A stretch of DNA of 61,822 bases from a virus (Duplodnaviria > Caudoviricetes). The number at the start of each line of letters is the position of its first letter. Within the stretch, counting starts at the first letter, position 1. A program made the translations under genes and the position numbers. This document shows positions 37,663 to 48,065 of this stretch, one piece after another. The stretch spans positions 1-61,822 of the IMG/VR virus record IMGVR_UViG_3300046373_000181; one strand, written 5' to 3'. The notes under the pieces were generated by a model. The model searched no databases and was not told the origin of the DNA. It was given only the letters and a program-made list of their open reading frames with translations.

Positions 37663-38106
37663 TTAACGGGAGCCGCTGCCGGCGCTTAGTTGCTTCAAGA
37701 GTCCGGGAAGTTCCCGTTCAGCCAGTAATTCGGCAGAAGATAATACGTCCAATCCGCGTGATTCAACCGAGAGTGCGTAGTTCATACCCGCCACAACGAT
37801 TAACGCCCAGCCTTGCCCAATTTCGCTAATCAGTTCACTGGCTACCTGCTGAGCCCGCTGTTTTCCCTCCGCCTTGGATCCGGTAAAGCTTTGCTTAACA
37901 ACCTTTCCATCTTTTACGATGATGTAGCCGATGGAGGATCGGAGATTGCCCGTCTGGTCCCGGTAGGTTTTCAGGTTTCGGGCGTGATTAACGCACAACT
38001 CCCCCAGATAACTAAGCACCAGAATGATGCTCTTCTGGAATTCCTGCGCAGCCTTGGCAAACTCAGCCCGGATGTCCGCCTGGTTGTAGTTAGGGCTTAA
38101 AGCCAT
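37663..38106 (-). CDS. Neck protein, HK97 gp10-like
   Basis: YRDQTGNLRSSIGY, VVAGMNYA. Confidence 0.82.
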   Translation of the reverse strand: MALSPNYNQADIRAEFAKAAQEFQKSIILVLSYLGELCVNHARNLKTYRDQTGNLRSSIGYIIVKDGKVVKQSFTGSKAEGKQRAQQVASELISEIGQGWALIVVAGMNYALSVESRGLDVLSSAELLAERELPGLLKQLSAGSGSR

Positions 38107-38420
38107 AGCCGACTGTGCAGTTGATCCGTCTGAAACCGTCTAACGGCTCCACTTACCCGAATCGTCTCATCCTGCATGACCCGAACTGGTGTACCATTCG
38201 CTAGAACGGGACACGTTTTGGGTAGCTGAATCAAACTATCATAGACGTAAGCGGTCGCGTCTTCGAGCAGCACCGTCCGGCCGCCCCCGTTGACCTCATC
38301 CCGGCAAACCGAGACAAGTTCCCAATTAGGCACTGACGCCACAAAATCCCCTTGGTCCGTTTGCACGCTGCCCTCGGAAAGCGTTTGCGCCCATAACTCG
38401 TAAGGATATTGCTTAATCAT
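38097..38420 (-). CDS. Head closure/adaptor protein
   Basis: Synteny. Confidence 0.7.
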   Translation of the reverse strand: MIKQYPYELWAQTLSEGSVQTDQGDFVASVPNWELVSVCRDEVNGGGRTVLLEDATAYVYDSLIQLPKTCPVLANGTPVRVMQDETIRVSGAVRRFQTDQLHSRLWL

Positions 38421-38761
38421 TACCAGAGGTAGCTTTTATTGGTGAGGGTTGGTTTGGTGACGGGACTCAGCGCATTGGGGATGCCAAGCTCAGCACAGAG
38501 CAGAGTGTAGTAAGCCAGAATACCTTCGCGGTTGTGCTTGATCGAATAGCCCCCTTCGGTAATGTCAACCTGCAAAAGCAACTTCGGAATCACACGCACA
38601 AGAATTTTCTTAGCCATCACATCAACCGTTTCATCTGACCAATTATATTGATCAGGCTCAGAAATACCGGCCCGTGCCATCGCCTGATTAAGTTGCAGCT
38701 CGGTTAGTTCAATGCCAATATCTGAGAGTTCGGATGTGATATAACCTCGAAAATCATCCAT
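38420..38761 (-). CDS. Head-tail connector protein
   Basis: DITEGGYSI motif; start taken at MDDFRG. Confidence 0.72.
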   Translation of the reverse strand: MDDFRGYITSELSDIGIELTELQLNQAMARAGISEPDQYNWSDETVDVMAKKILVRVIPKLLLQVDITEGGYSIKHNREGILAYYTLLCAELGIPNALSPVTKPTLTNKSYLW

Positions 38762-38771
38762 GAGTGTGGCT

Positions 38772-38963
38772 TTACTTAGCGGGTTCGGCGTAGGTTTCGG
38801 CAAGGCCTTTTTCAATCAGCTCAGCAAGGCGTCCTTCGTCTTCGTCGCTGATATCCTGACCTACTTCGTACTCCTGATCGAAATCATCTTTGTGACGAAA
38901 GGAACTGGTAACGTAGGTTTTGCCCACTACTTTTTTGCCGGCGTCGTTCTGTTGTTTTGCCAT
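38772..38963 (-). CDS. Small head-associated protein
   Basis: After the MCP; YEVGQDI..RLAELIEKGL. Confidence 0.65.
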   Translation of the reverse strand: MAKQQNDAGKKVVGKTYVTSSFRHKDDFDQEYEVGQDISDEDEGRLAELIEKGLAETYAEPAK

Positions 38964-39023
38964 GGTTGTTACATAGGGAGATTCATGCTGACCCGGTTAA
39001 GAATCAGCATGAATAGTGAGTGG

Positions 39024-40109
39024 TTAGGCTTGAACAGCCGTTGAGTCCAACAGGTAGATTTCGTCTGTGTTAGCGATGACCGGAAGGGCGCGGCCCTGAA
39101 CCGTGGTGAACTCAGCAATGGATGGCCGGTTCTGGCGGAATTTTGCCAGCAGCATCCATTCGGCGGCATTGGTATAGGCAACACCCGGCACCGGATTGTC
39201 CTGCTCGGCCAGAAAGGTGTATTCCAGCGTACCCAGATCCTCACTGCACATTGCAACGGCAATACCTGTAGCCCATGGACGAACGAGCGTTTGAACACCG
39301 TTACGCTCTTTACGGCATATCCGGTCAATTAACTCAATCGAGAAGCCGTAACGGGCTACCATGATCTTGTTGGCATCTTCCATGTCCAATGTGGTACGGA
39401 GGGTGCCAGTGTAACCAAGTTTAAAGGCAAAGTAGTCTTTAAACTGAGTGGTAGCGATCATGTTATTGAAAGCCGTACTGTCCATCATGACGGTGCGGAT
39501 AACCTTGCCGTCTACTTTGGCTTTCGCAATAACACGATCAAAATCATCCAGTGGTTTAGCAGCCGTATTGGACCAAAGGGTACCCACGCCAAACTTGTTA
39601 GCCGTTGGATAGCCAAAGTCAACCTGAAATCCGGAGCCGATGTTGTCGGTATCGTCTACGATAACCTTGCCCGTCGATAAGCCTTCCAGAAACAGGGCTT
39701 CCATTAACTCATAACCGGCATCTACACATCGCTCGGAATCAGCAAAGATTTTGGTTAAGATTGCTTTGATCTGAGTGCCGGGCGAACGCTGAAGAATGCC
39801 AAGCTGCGTGAGCTGCGTTTCGTTCAGACTCATCTCAATACCGAATTTCGGGATTCGGCCAGATGCCCGTACCAGATTGTCGCGTTTTACTTTTGGCAGC
39901 GACGAATCCATTGACACCACATAGGCCATAACGCGCGAATACGCAGCGGACAGCGATTCCCAATGGCCGGTAGCCGATTGGTTGTTAGTCAAAAAGCGAC
40001 GGAATAAATAAGTGACGGGGCTTTCAGTCCCGTTGAGGGTTTCAACCCGGTTTAAGACAACCGGCTCAAACCATTTGGCAATAAGGGCCGCAAACTGTGA
40101 TGGTTCCAT
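39024..40109 (-). CDS. Major capsid protein (lambda gpE-like)
   Basis: 361 aa; GRIPKFG, VDFGYP; follows the decoration gene. Confidence 0.88.
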   Translation of the reverse strand: MEPSQFAALIAKWFEPVVLNRVETLNGTESPVTYLFRRFLTNNQSATGHWESLSAAYSRVMAYVVSMDSSLPKVKRDNLVRASGRIPKFGIEMSLNETQLTQLGILQRSPGTQIKAILTKIFADSERCVDAGYELMEALFLEGLSTGKVIVDDTDNIGSGFQVDFGYPTANKFGVGTLWSNTAAKPLDDFDRVIAKAKVDGKVIRTVMMDSTAFNNMIATTQFKDYFAFKLGYTGTLRTTLDMEDANKIMVARYGFSIELIDRICRKERNGVQTLVRPWATGIAVAMCSEDLGTLEYTFLAEQDNPVPGVAYTNAAEWMLLAKFRQNRPSIAEFTTVQGRALPVIANTDEIYLLDSTAVQA

Positions 40110-40120
40110 TTATAGCGCAG

Positions 40121-40528
40121 TTAGTCTTGAGTGAAAATTAAACCAGGAAGAACTGCCTTGATGGCAGCGGCAATACCGGTTACATCATAGGGCGAGGTAG
40201 CTGTGTTCACAGTACCGCGTACCATAATACCCACGAAGGGTTCAGCCGTTAATTTGGTGGCGATAACCACCCCGGCATATTCGTGGTTGGCAGGCAGTGA
40301 AGCGTATGCCGTAGCGCCACCGTTAAGGGGCATGGGCTTGTAATCTTTTGGGTCAGTGGTGGCCCGGATAACGACGTGACCTGCCTTGATGACAGTAGGC
40401 GTAAACGGCGTTGATACGCAGTCCAGGGTACGTCCGCCCCGAATCGACTGAAAGTTATCGATGATCGTCACTGAATCCAGTGTTGTATCAACCGTAACCG
40501 CCGTATTATTCAGACTTGGATACGTCAT
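40121..40528 (-). CDS. Head decoration protein
   Basis: IRGGRTLD..VIKAGHVVI; between scaffold and MCP. Confidence 0.78.
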   Translation of the reverse strand: MTYPSLNNTAVTVDTTLDSVTIIDNFQSIRGGRTLDCVSTPFTPTVIKAGHVVIRATTDPKDYKPMPLNGGATAYASLPANHEYAGVVIATKLTAEPFVGIMVRGTVNTATSPYDVTGIAAAIKAVLPGLIFTQD

Positions 40529-40537
40529 GATGATTAA

Positions 40538-41161
40538 TTATTTTTTGTTGAAAATGGCCTTCACCTCATCCGGCGATGCCTGCTTGGTCGTATCCCCATT
40601 CGCTTTTTTTGGTTGACCCATCGCATTAAGACCCGTATCGGCCACAGCCTGAATAGCCGTAGCGGCATCGGTCTTGATTTCGCCAACGTACCCTTCGAAA
40701 TCAGCATCGTCCTTGAAATTGATACCTCTGTCAAATGCCCGTAGTGTCGCCGTTTTAAAGGCATCAGGGGCACCAGCAAGGGCAGCTTCCAGTTGTGAAC
40801 GGCGCGTTTCGATGGTCTTACCCTGTTTCAAACTCGTCACTTCGTTGGCGAGGTTAGTCACCGTCTCGTTTAGAGTTTTGAGCCAGGCTGGCGTGTCGTC
40901 GGGCTTTGCGGGATCATCCGTTGGCTTGGCAGGTTGCTCGGTTGGTTTTTCTTTGGCTTTGTTGACAGCAGTTTGAACGCGTTTGTCAATTTCACCCTGA
41001 AATCCCGTAAGCAAATCTTCCACACCACTGACCGACGCGTCAATCTGACCTTCTTCCGTGACGGTTTTTTCCAGGTAGGCCGCAATCTTTTGGAGTGCTT
41101 CCTCTGAAAACCCCTTCGATTTGTACTTTTCTCGGAGAGAGGCAAGTATCTTGTCTTTCAT
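40538..41161 (-). CDS. Capsid scaffolding protein
   Basis: Charged helical protein, DDTPAWLK; synteny. Confidence 0.78.
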   Translation of the reverse strand: MKDKILASLREKYKSKGFSEEALQKIAAYLEKTVTEEGQIDASVSGVEDLLTGFQGEIDKRVQTAVNKAKEKPTEQPAKPTDDPAKPDDTPAWLKTLNETVTNLANEVTSLKQGKTIETRRSQLEAALAGAPDAFKTATLRAFDRGINFKDDADFEGYVGEIKTDAATAIQAVADTGLNAMGQPKKANGDTTKQASPDEVKAIFNKK

Positions 41162-41202
41162 AAAACGGGTGTTTGTGGTAATAGTTGGGGAGTTATTACG
41201 TG

Positions 41203-41210
41203 CAAATATA
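41203..41210 (-). promoter_or_regulatory. Bacteroidota -7 box for the head-tail operon
   Basis: TATATTTG on the minus strand, upstream of the scaffold gene. Confidence 0.65.
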
Positions 41211-41395
41211 TCATTATAGACAAGTAAAAAAACAAATATTCCCTTAAATTTACCCGTATTAAGTCGCTAACAATCAATCATTTATGCCTGTTTTGATGCC
41301 ATTTGATATGGTATTCTACCTCTAGTTACAGTATGTTATCTATTAGGCAGTTGCAGTGATAAGGGGCTGAAACTTAATTAGTTGCTCAATTGCAT

Positions 41396-41449
41396 TAAAA
41401 CAAGGAATAAAGCAACGTCTAAAGCGAATTGTAAAGCAGCGGATAAAGC
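41396..41449. repeat. TAAAGC array with 12-bp period
   Basis: TAAAGC at 41408, 41420, 41432, 41444; TAAAAC at 41396. Confidence 0.85.
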
Positions 41450-41497
41450 GTAACGGTACAGGCTATACGGCCAAAAAAAATAAGTAAGTGAAACGCT

Positions 41498-42067
41498 ATG
41501 AGGGCTAAAAGTGAAGGCGAACCCGAGAAATTAACCGATAAGCAGAAACGATTCTGCGACGAATACTTAATTGACAACAATGGCACACAAGCCGCCATAA
41601 GGGCTGGCTATGCCGAATCAAATGCCCGATCGACAGCGAGTGAATTGTTGGGAAATGTTGGGATTCAGGATTATTTGGCTGAACGAAAAGCCATACTTAA
41701 TAAGCAACTCGAAGACAAGTATTTTATCAGCAAAGAACGCGTATTAAGAGAACATGCACGAATTGCCTTTTCAGATATTCGGGCTTTTTTCAACCAAGAT
41801 AACAGCCTAAAAGACTTCTCAGAATTGACGGAAGATGAGGCTGCATCGCTAAGCAGTGTTGAGGTTGATGAGATTAAGGAAAACTTCGTAGTCGTTGGGC
41901 AAACAAAGAAGATAAAAGTCTACGATAAGAAAGGCTCACTAGCTGAAATAGCCAAGATCATGGGCTATTACGCACCGGTTAAGACTGATCACACCACCAA
42001 GGGCGAGTCGCTGAACTCAGGATTCTACGCACTACTCAAAAAAGCCTCAACAAAAGCCAATGACTAG
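41498..42067 (+). CDS. terS: Terminase small subunit
   Basis: LTDKQKRFCDEYLIDNNGTQAAIRAGY. Confidence 0.95.
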   Translation: MRAKSEGEPEKLTDKQKRFCDEYLIDNNGTQAAIRAGYAESNARSTASELLGNVGIQDYLAERKAILNKQLEDKYFISKERVLREHARIAFSDIRAFFNQDNSLKDFSELTEDEAASLSSVEVDEIKENFVVVGQTKKIKVYDKKGSLAEIAKIMGYYAPVKTDHTTKGESLNSGFYALLKKASTKAND

Positions 42068-43646
42068 CGAACTGGAAGAGGAGGCTGTAGAGCGTATACA
42101 ACTTTGGCAGGAAGACTGGAATCAGTTTGCCTACGAAGTACTGGGCGCCAGGCTTGATAAAGAACAGCAGGCCATCCTGTCCAGTGTTCAAACCAATTCC
42201 AGAACCAGCGTTGCCTCAGGAACAGCACGGGGGAAAGATTTCGTAACGGCAGTTTCGGCGGTTTGCTTTATGTATTTAACGCCACGGTGGAATGATACAG
42301 GCGATTTAATCGAAAATACAAAGGTGGCATTAACCGCCCCATCAGGCAGACAGGTTGACAACATCATGAAGCCTGAGTTTGCCCGACTCTTTCACAAAGC
42401 ACATAGAAACGGATTTGAGTTGCCCGGTCGACTTGTCGCTTCCGACATTCGCACAGATTTTGAAGAGTGGTTCCTAACGGGTTTCCGTGCCGATCCTTAC
42501 CACCACGAAGCCTGGTCAGGCTTTCACGCTGTCAATACCATGTTTGCGGTCACAGAAGCCTCTGGCGTATCCGATGACACATTTGAGGCCATTGAGGGCA
42601 ATTTGCAGGGCAACTCCCGTATGCTGGTTGTGTTCAACCCAAACTCCAAGGTTGGCTACGCGGCTCGAAGTCAGAAGGGGAGTCGATGGACTAAGTTTAG
42701 ACTTAATAGTCTTTCGGCACCAAATGTCGTTGAGAAGCGAATCATCATCCCCGGTCAAGTTGATTACAACTGGGTAGTCGATAAGCTAGAGCTTTGGTGT
42801 AAGAAAATCAGGGCGGATGAGATTGACGAAACGCAGGACGACTTCGAGTTTGAAGGGCAATGGTACCGGCCTAATGATACCGCCAGGAAGAAAGTACTGG
42901 GCAAGTTTCCGAAGGTTGACGAGGGAGCGCTTATTGCCGAACAGTGGATTGAACTGGCAAATGAACGCTGGATTAAATACCATAAGACGAAACGCGTTGA
43001 TCAGTATCCTAATTCATTAAAACTTGGCGTCGACGTAGCTGGTATGGGGCGGGATAGTACCGTATTTGCCTACCGTCGGGGCAACATTGTCACTGAGTTC
43101 TATAAATACAATTCGGGCGGCACTGCGAATCACATGGAAACAGCGGGGCGTATTGTGAATATACTCAAAAGCGACCCCAAATCATTGGCCTTTGTCGACA
43201 CTATTGGTGAAGGGGCGGGCGTCATATCAGCCACCAATCAGGCTGGTTATAGCAAACAAGCGTTTTCCTGTAAATATTCCGAATCAGCAAAGGATACTAG
43301 CGACAAACCACTTAATGATCTGACCGGACAATACACCTTTGCCAATATGAGGGCGTATCTGTATTGGGCAGTAAGAGATTGGCTTGATCCAAAGAACTAC
43401 CCGGAAGGTACACTAGAAATGTATTTGCCGATGTTGCCGCCGAATGACAGCCTGTTGGAAGAGGCCACCGAAATACAGTGGTCATTTCAATCCAACGGGA
43501 ACATCATCATTGAACCCAAAGAAGACATTATCGAACGGCTCAAGCGCTCGACCGATGAGTTTGACGCCCTGGCCAATACATTCTACCCCACAAAAGCGCC
43601 AATAAATTCAGAAACACTTAGAAGAACACTCTCTGGCATGCGCTAG
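42060..43646 (+). CDS. terL: Terminase large subunit
   Basis: Walker A SGTARGKD, VTEAS, nuclease LGVDVAGMGRDST. Confidence 0.93.
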   Translation: MTSELEEEAVERIQLWQEDWNQFAYEVLGARLDKEQQAILSSVQTNSRTSVASGTARGKDFVTAVSAVCFMYLTPRWNDTGDLIENTKVALTAPSGRQVDNIMKPEFARLFHKAHRNGFELPGRLVASDIRTDFEEWFLTGFRADPYHHEAWSGFHAVNTMFAVTEASGVSDDTFEAIEGNLQGNSRMLVVFNPNSKVGYAARSQKGSRWTKFRLNSLSAPNVVEKRIIIPGQVDYNWVVDKLELWCKKIRADEIDETQDDFEFEGQWYRPNDTARKKVLGKFPKVDEGALIAEQWIELANERWIKYHKTKRVDQYPNSLKLGVDVAGMGRDSTVFAYRRGNIVTEFYKYNSGGTANHMETAGRIVNILKSDPKSLAFVDTIGEGAGVISATNQAGYSKQAFSCKYSESAKDTSDKPLNDLTGQYTFANMRAYLYWAVRDWLDPKNYPEGTLEMYLPMLPPNDSLLEEATEIQWSFQSNGNIIIEPKEDIIERLKRSTDEFDALANTFYPTKAPINSETLRRTLSGMR

Positions 43647-43675
43647 ATACTCACTAAAAACTTTGTACACCAGTC

Positions 43676-45070
43676 ATGACCAACGATCAGCTTACCGCCC
43701 TGCTTACCAATAATGACAAAGCCAAAATCATTACGGCACTCAAGGGAATCAAACCGGAAATTAAACTTGATGAGCTGAAAAAGCAGTTCAGTATACAAGG
43801 TCATGCCGTGTTAGACGTTTCAAAGCGTCCAAACAAAAAAGTAGAAACCGACGAAGGTACGAGTATGGAGTACGTAAATCGGATCGCCGTCAGTCTTCAG
43901 GAGTTGATTTGTGAGCGCGCGGTGTCATTCCTATTTGGCTCTCCGGTCAAGATACAGTGTGACCCGTTGGATGAGAATGAAAACCTTATACTGAAAGCCT
44001 TGAATAGAGTCTTGAAAGATAATAAGATGGACTCATTTAGCGCGGAAGTTGCCCTGGAGTTATTTCGGTCTACAGAAGTAGCTGAATGTTGGTTTGTGGT
44101 GCCCGTTAAAAAGACATACAAACGGTACGGCTTCGACAGCAAAGCAAAAGTTAAATGCACGATGTTTTCACCTTGGAATGGCGATGTACTATACCCATTG
44201 TTTTCAGATACCGGCGATTTGATTGCGTTTAGTCGGGAGTATATAGTTTCTGAAGAGGGAAAGAAAGTGACGTATTTTGAAACATACACAGACGAAGTAA
44301 AGCAAGTCTGGAAGAAAGTCGGACAAGATTGGGAAGCTGAAGAACCCATAACCAATGTAATTGGTAAAATACCCATTGTGTATGCATCCCAAACCGGTCC
44401 AGAATGGGAAAATGTTCAGCCACTAATTGACCGAATTGAAAAGCTTCTTTCAAACCACGCTGACACAACCGATTACCACGCCAGCCCAACGCTGTTCGCA
44501 AAGGGAGAGATCACCATCATGCCGAAAAAGGGAGAGTCAGGCAAACTGATTGCTGGGGATGCCCTTTCAGAACTGTCTTATGTGTCACTCGACCAAGCCC
44601 CCGAAATGGTGAAGTTTGAATACGATACGTTGCTTTCTTTGGTCTATGCCCTCTCACAAACGCCAAACATCAGCTTTGAGGCCATGAAAGGACTGGGTGA
44701 TATATCGGGTGTAGCGTTTGACCGATTGTTTGTCGATGCCAAGCTGAAGGTTAAAAAGAAACGCCGGATCTTTGACGCGTATCTCGAACGAAGAACCAAT
44801 TTGATACTGGCCTTGCTTTCAACCATTAAAACAAACTTGTCCGATACTTGCGATATTATTGACATTGATGCCGTAGTTCAGCCGTTCACTTTTGAAGATC
44901 AAAAGGAAATGGTTGATACGCTGACCACGGCCGTATCGGGCGGGATTCTAAGTAAGAAAACAGCGGTTAAGCTATCGGGCCTGGTAGACGACGTAGATAA
45001 GGAATTTGATCAGATAACCGAGGAGGAAGCAACGGCCAACACCCTAAACATTGCCCCTGGCGCTATATGA
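43676..45070 (+). CDS. Portal protein (SPP1-like)
   Basis: NVIGKIPIVY, ISGVAF; follows TerL. Confidence 0.92.
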   Translation: MTNDQLTALLTNNDKAKIITALKGIKPEIKLDELKKQFSIQGHAVLDVSKRPNKKVETDEGTSMEYVNRIAVSLQELICERAVSFLFGSPVKIQCDPLDENENLILKALNRVLKDNKMDSFSAEVALELFRSTEVAECWFVVPVKKTYKRYGFDSKAKVKCTMFSPWNGDVLYPLFSDTGDLIAFSREYIVSEEGKKVTYFETYTDEVKQVWKKVGQDWEAEEPITNVIGKIPIVYASQTGPEWENVQPLIDRIEKLLSNHADTTDYHASPTLFAKGEITIMPKKGESGKLIAGDALSELSYVSLDQAPEMVKFEYDTLLSLVYALSQTPNISFEAMKGLGDISGVAFDRLFVDAKLKVKKKRRIFDAYLERRTNLILALLSTIKTNLSDTCDIIDIDAVVQPFTFEDQKEMVDTLTTAVSGGILSKKTAVKLSGLVDDVDKEFDQITEEEATANTLNIAPGAI

Positions 45071-46125
45071 CCCGCCCTTTATCCAAATGGGAGTTAGAAC
45101 ACCTCTCGCGCATGGATGCCTACGCCCGGCAGGTCGAACGGCTCTACCGGTCGCTAATCGATGAGGTGGCCAGAAGCGTAGCCCAAAGCAGCGTTACCAG
45201 CAAAGACACACCCTTTAGCTTTGACGACTACCCACTGGCGAGGATAAAGGTGGATATACTCTTATCAACCCTGGCCAATAATGTGCAGGTGCTGATCGGT
45301 AGTGGAACAGGCTCGGCCTGGAATCTCTCGAATAGCAAGAACGATGAGCTGGTATCGAACGTGTTTGCCGATGCCGGTATCAGCGAATCCCGACTATCCC
45401 CGTTCAACCAGCGCAACCTGGATGGACTGGTCAGCTTTCAGGCCCGAAGTGTGAACGGGCTCACGCTGTCAAACCGGGTCTGGACTTACTCGCAGCAGTT
45501 CAGAGGAGAATTAGAACTGGGTATTGATACGGCGCTACTGGAGGGAACCTCAGCCAGTAAACTAGCCACACGGCTCAAAAAGTATCTCAACAGGCCCGAT
45601 GATTTGTTTCGGCGGGTACGAACGAATCGGGGTAACCTGGTGCTATCCAAACACGCGGCTGCGTTTCATCCCGGCCAGGGTGTGTATAAAAGTTCGTACA
45701 GGAACGCGGAACGGTTAGCGCGAACCGAAATTAACACCGCCTATCGAACGGCGGATTTCGAACGCTATCAACAGTTGCCGTTCGTAGTGGGTATCCGGGT
45801 GCAGCGCAGCAACAATACCAAATCATCCTGTGACGTTTGCCCATCCTTAGTTGGGATCTATCCAGCCAACTATAAGTTTGCAGGATTCCACGCAAATTGT
45901 CGATGTTTCACCACAACGATACTGGCAACAAAAGAAGAACTATCTCAGCTAACCCGCTCCCTAATGGCTGGCAATGGCGTTGGTAGCTTTCAAAGCCGCA
46001 ATGAAGTCAAGGGAGTGCCCGCCAATTACACCGACTGGATTGAGAAGAACCGAGAACGACTGAGCCGGGCTAAAAGCCTGCCCCAGTTCATTACGGACAA
46101 CCCGGTGTATAGTGGTGGGCTTTAA
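45067..46125 (+). CDS. Minor head morphogenesis protein (Mu gpF/SPP1 gp7-like)
   Basis: NAERLARTEINTAY, CDVC, HANCRC. Confidence 0.88.
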   Translation: MTRPLSKWELEHLSRMDAYARQVERLYRSLIDEVARSVAQSSVTSKDTPFSFDDYPLARIKVDILLSTLANNVQVLIGSGTGSAWNLSNSKNDELVSNVFADAGISESRLSPFNQRNLDGLVSFQARSVNGLTLSNRVWTYSQQFRGELELGIDTALLEGTSASKLATRLKKYLNRPDDLFRRVRTNRGNLVLSKHAAAFHPGQGVYKSSYRNAERLARTEINTAYRTADFERYQQLPFVVGIRVQRSNNTKSSCDVCPSLVGIYPANYKFAGFHANCRCFTTTILATKEELSQLTRSLMAGNGVGSFQSRNEVKGVPANYTDWIEKNRERLSRAKSLPQFITDNPVYSGGL

Positions 46126-46174
46126 TGAAACTGCCCACCCCTTTGCATACTTTGCGTATAGGGATGGGCAGGTA

Positions 46175-46375
46175 CTAGGAAAACGCATCCCCTTTTTTGT
46201 ATTCTATTGGCGTGTCATCCGGATTAGGGTGGTATACGGCCTGAATGTATTCTTCGGTATTGAAATCATAGGCAATACCGCCTGCTAACAAATAGCCTTC
46301 GGATAAGTACTGGACCATAGTGACCTCCATTTGGCTGATGCTACCAGTTCGCTCGATGATGTAAGGCTTTTTCAT
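46175..46375 (-). CDS. Hypothetical protein
   Basis: EGYLLAGGI..YIQAV. Confidence 0.6.
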   Translation of the reverse strand: MKKPYIIERTGSISQMEVTMVQYLSEGYLLAGGIAYDFNTEEYIQAVYHPNPDDTPIEYKKGDAFS

Positions 46376-46412
46376 TGGAGTTTAGTTTATTTTCTACGCA
46401 AGGTAAAACACT

Positions 46413-46694
46413 TTACTTTAACGGCACACCCATCAGCACCTGTTTAGTACACTCCCCATTTAGCCAATCCACACCAAGCACGGCAATAGCACGGCCCTGA
46501 ACAGTACTGAGCTTATCAATACCATCGTAGGTTCTCCGGTCTTCCACAAGTATATCCAATACTTCACTGTAGCCCTCCCGAATAGCCCGGTTGATGGGTT
46601 TGTTCATTGCCACATCAGCCAGGCGGGCTTTAAGATCCTGAATGGTCTGCTTTATCTGCGCTTCGGTTGGCACTACCTTTTCAATTGCTTCCAT
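46413..46694 (-). CDS. Hypothetical protein
   Basis: ORF in operon. Confidence 0.65.
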   Translation of the reverse strand: MEAIEKVVPTEAQIKQTIQDLKARLADVAMNKPINRAIREGYSEVLDILVEDRRTYDGIDKLSTVQGRAIAVLGVDWLNGECTKQVLMGVPLK

Positions 46695-46710
46695 AGGTCT
46701 ACTGATTCAG

Positions 46711-46902
46711 TTAATTCTTAACATGCGTATACTCGGCATCCTTGATGCGCTTAACTACGTCTAACTCCAGCTTCGTGATAATAAAATTATCACTGAATTC
46801 GCCTTGCTCCCGAAGATGGGCCAGATAATCTGTGGCCTTTTCCATGGTAGAAAAAACACCTTCTAGGCCTTCGTATCTTCGTTCAACTACGTAAATAATC
46901 AT
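46711..46902 (-). CDS. Hypothetical phage protein
   Basis: IYVV..GVFSTMEKA pattern. Confidence 0.7.
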   Translation of the reverse strand: MIIYVVERRYEGLEGVFSTMEKATDYLAHLREQGEFSDNFIITKLELDVVKRIKDAEYTHVKN

Positions 46903-46980
46903 GATATTTTTGTTTTCATCATACTTAACTATACCGGCTCTTCCGGCTCGTATCGGGCTTGAGGTGTCGACCCCGTCGGG

Positions 46981-47394
46981 TTATTTCACGCTTGTAACTT
47001 TCCAGTTTGTATTGATCTGATCACGCAGACGGAAGTACTCGCGGCCTAACGCATCGAAACGATCCTGATCGAGAGGCACTTCCCCACGGGCCATACGGCT
47101 GCGCTCATCAATAATGGCATCAATCCGCCTTTGCAACGGCTCATTTTTCTTAGCGACAGATTGGGTGCGTTCGTACTCCGACCTAATGCCTTCGCCCTCC
47201 TTCTGAGTAGCAGCCAGACGCGCTTCGCTTTGCTCAAGCCGGGTCTCGCTGGCCAGCCGGGAAAGGCGCAATTGTTCAAGTTCCTGACTACTCGTAATTG
47301 CGGCCTGGCGTTCGTTCTGAAACAACTTAACAGCCAGCACACCCATAGTGCCGCAAATAATAAAGGTAACGATGTATAGAATCATGGTTTTCAT
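46981..47394 (-). CDS. Membrane-anchored coiled-coil protein
   Basis: Start taken at MKTMILYIVTFIICG; heptad region. Confidence 0.65.
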   Translation of the reverse strand: MKTMILYIVTFIICGTMGVLAVKLFQNERQAAITSSQELEQLRLSRLASETRLEQSEARLAATQKEGEGIRSEYERTQSVAKKNEPLQRRIDAIIDERSRMARGEVPLDQDRFDALGREYFRLRDQINTNWKVTSVK

Positions 47395-47452
47395 TATTTC
47401 TCTTTGCTTATCCCGTCGGGCAGGCGAACGGTGCTGGTGAGTTGGTAGGTGG

Positions 47453-47818
47453 TCATAATTCACTAAATGTAACGGACTCACTGTAATAGCCGTTTGATTC
47501 ACCGTAGAATCGTATATCAACATAGCCCTTTATGGTGGCGAATTGATAGAACGTCCATGTATAGGATTCCTGATAATCAGGAATAGCAACACCTTCGGGA
47601 TTCTGCTGACTAGTACGTTCCTCAGCCTTTAGAATGGGGCTATCAATTAGGTCGCTAAGTTCGCCTACAATGTCGTTAATTTGAACAGACTCACAACAAT
47701 CCTGTAAGTGATAAAGGCCATACCGACTTCCGTCCAACATTGTGAATGTTAGTGAATCAATAGTCTGGTCAATGGTTTTTATGGTTTTACCAACCAGCAC
47801 ACTTAAGTCATTTTCCAT
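47453..47818 (-). CDS. Conserved phage hypothetical protein
   Basis: YHLQDCCESVQINDIVG...WTFYQFATIKGYVDIRFYGESNGYYSE. Confidence 0.8.
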   Translation of the reverse strand: MENDLSVLVGKTIKTIDQTIDSLTFTMLDGSRYGLYHLQDCCESVQINDIVGELSDLIDSPILKAEERTSQQNPEGVAIPDYQESYTWTFYQFATIKGYVDIRFYGESNGYYSESVTFSEL

Positions 47819-47867
47819 ACTTTCTTCTCTCCTGTTTACTCCTCCCGCAGCAGCGGCAAGGCGGGGG

Positions 47868-48065
47868 TTAGTTAATTGGCTTAATTACTATATCCTGATC
47901 TGGTCGCAAATACTTATAGACCTCATGGGCAGCGTTACAAAAGCTAATCCCATTCTTATACATAGACAAAACACTCTCCATGTCAGGGTGGTACGTTTCG
48001 CCTATAATCCAGCTCACCACCTCCGTTACATCCTTGTAATAGTCCTCAAAGTATTGGTCGTTCAT
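47868..48065 (-). CDS. Hypothetical protein
   Basis: Start at MNDQYF, coupled to an upstream small ORF. Confidence 0.55.
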   Translation of the reverse strand: MNDQYFEDYYKDVTEVVSWIIGETYHPDMESVLSMYKNGISFCNAAHEVYKYLRPDQDIVIKPIN

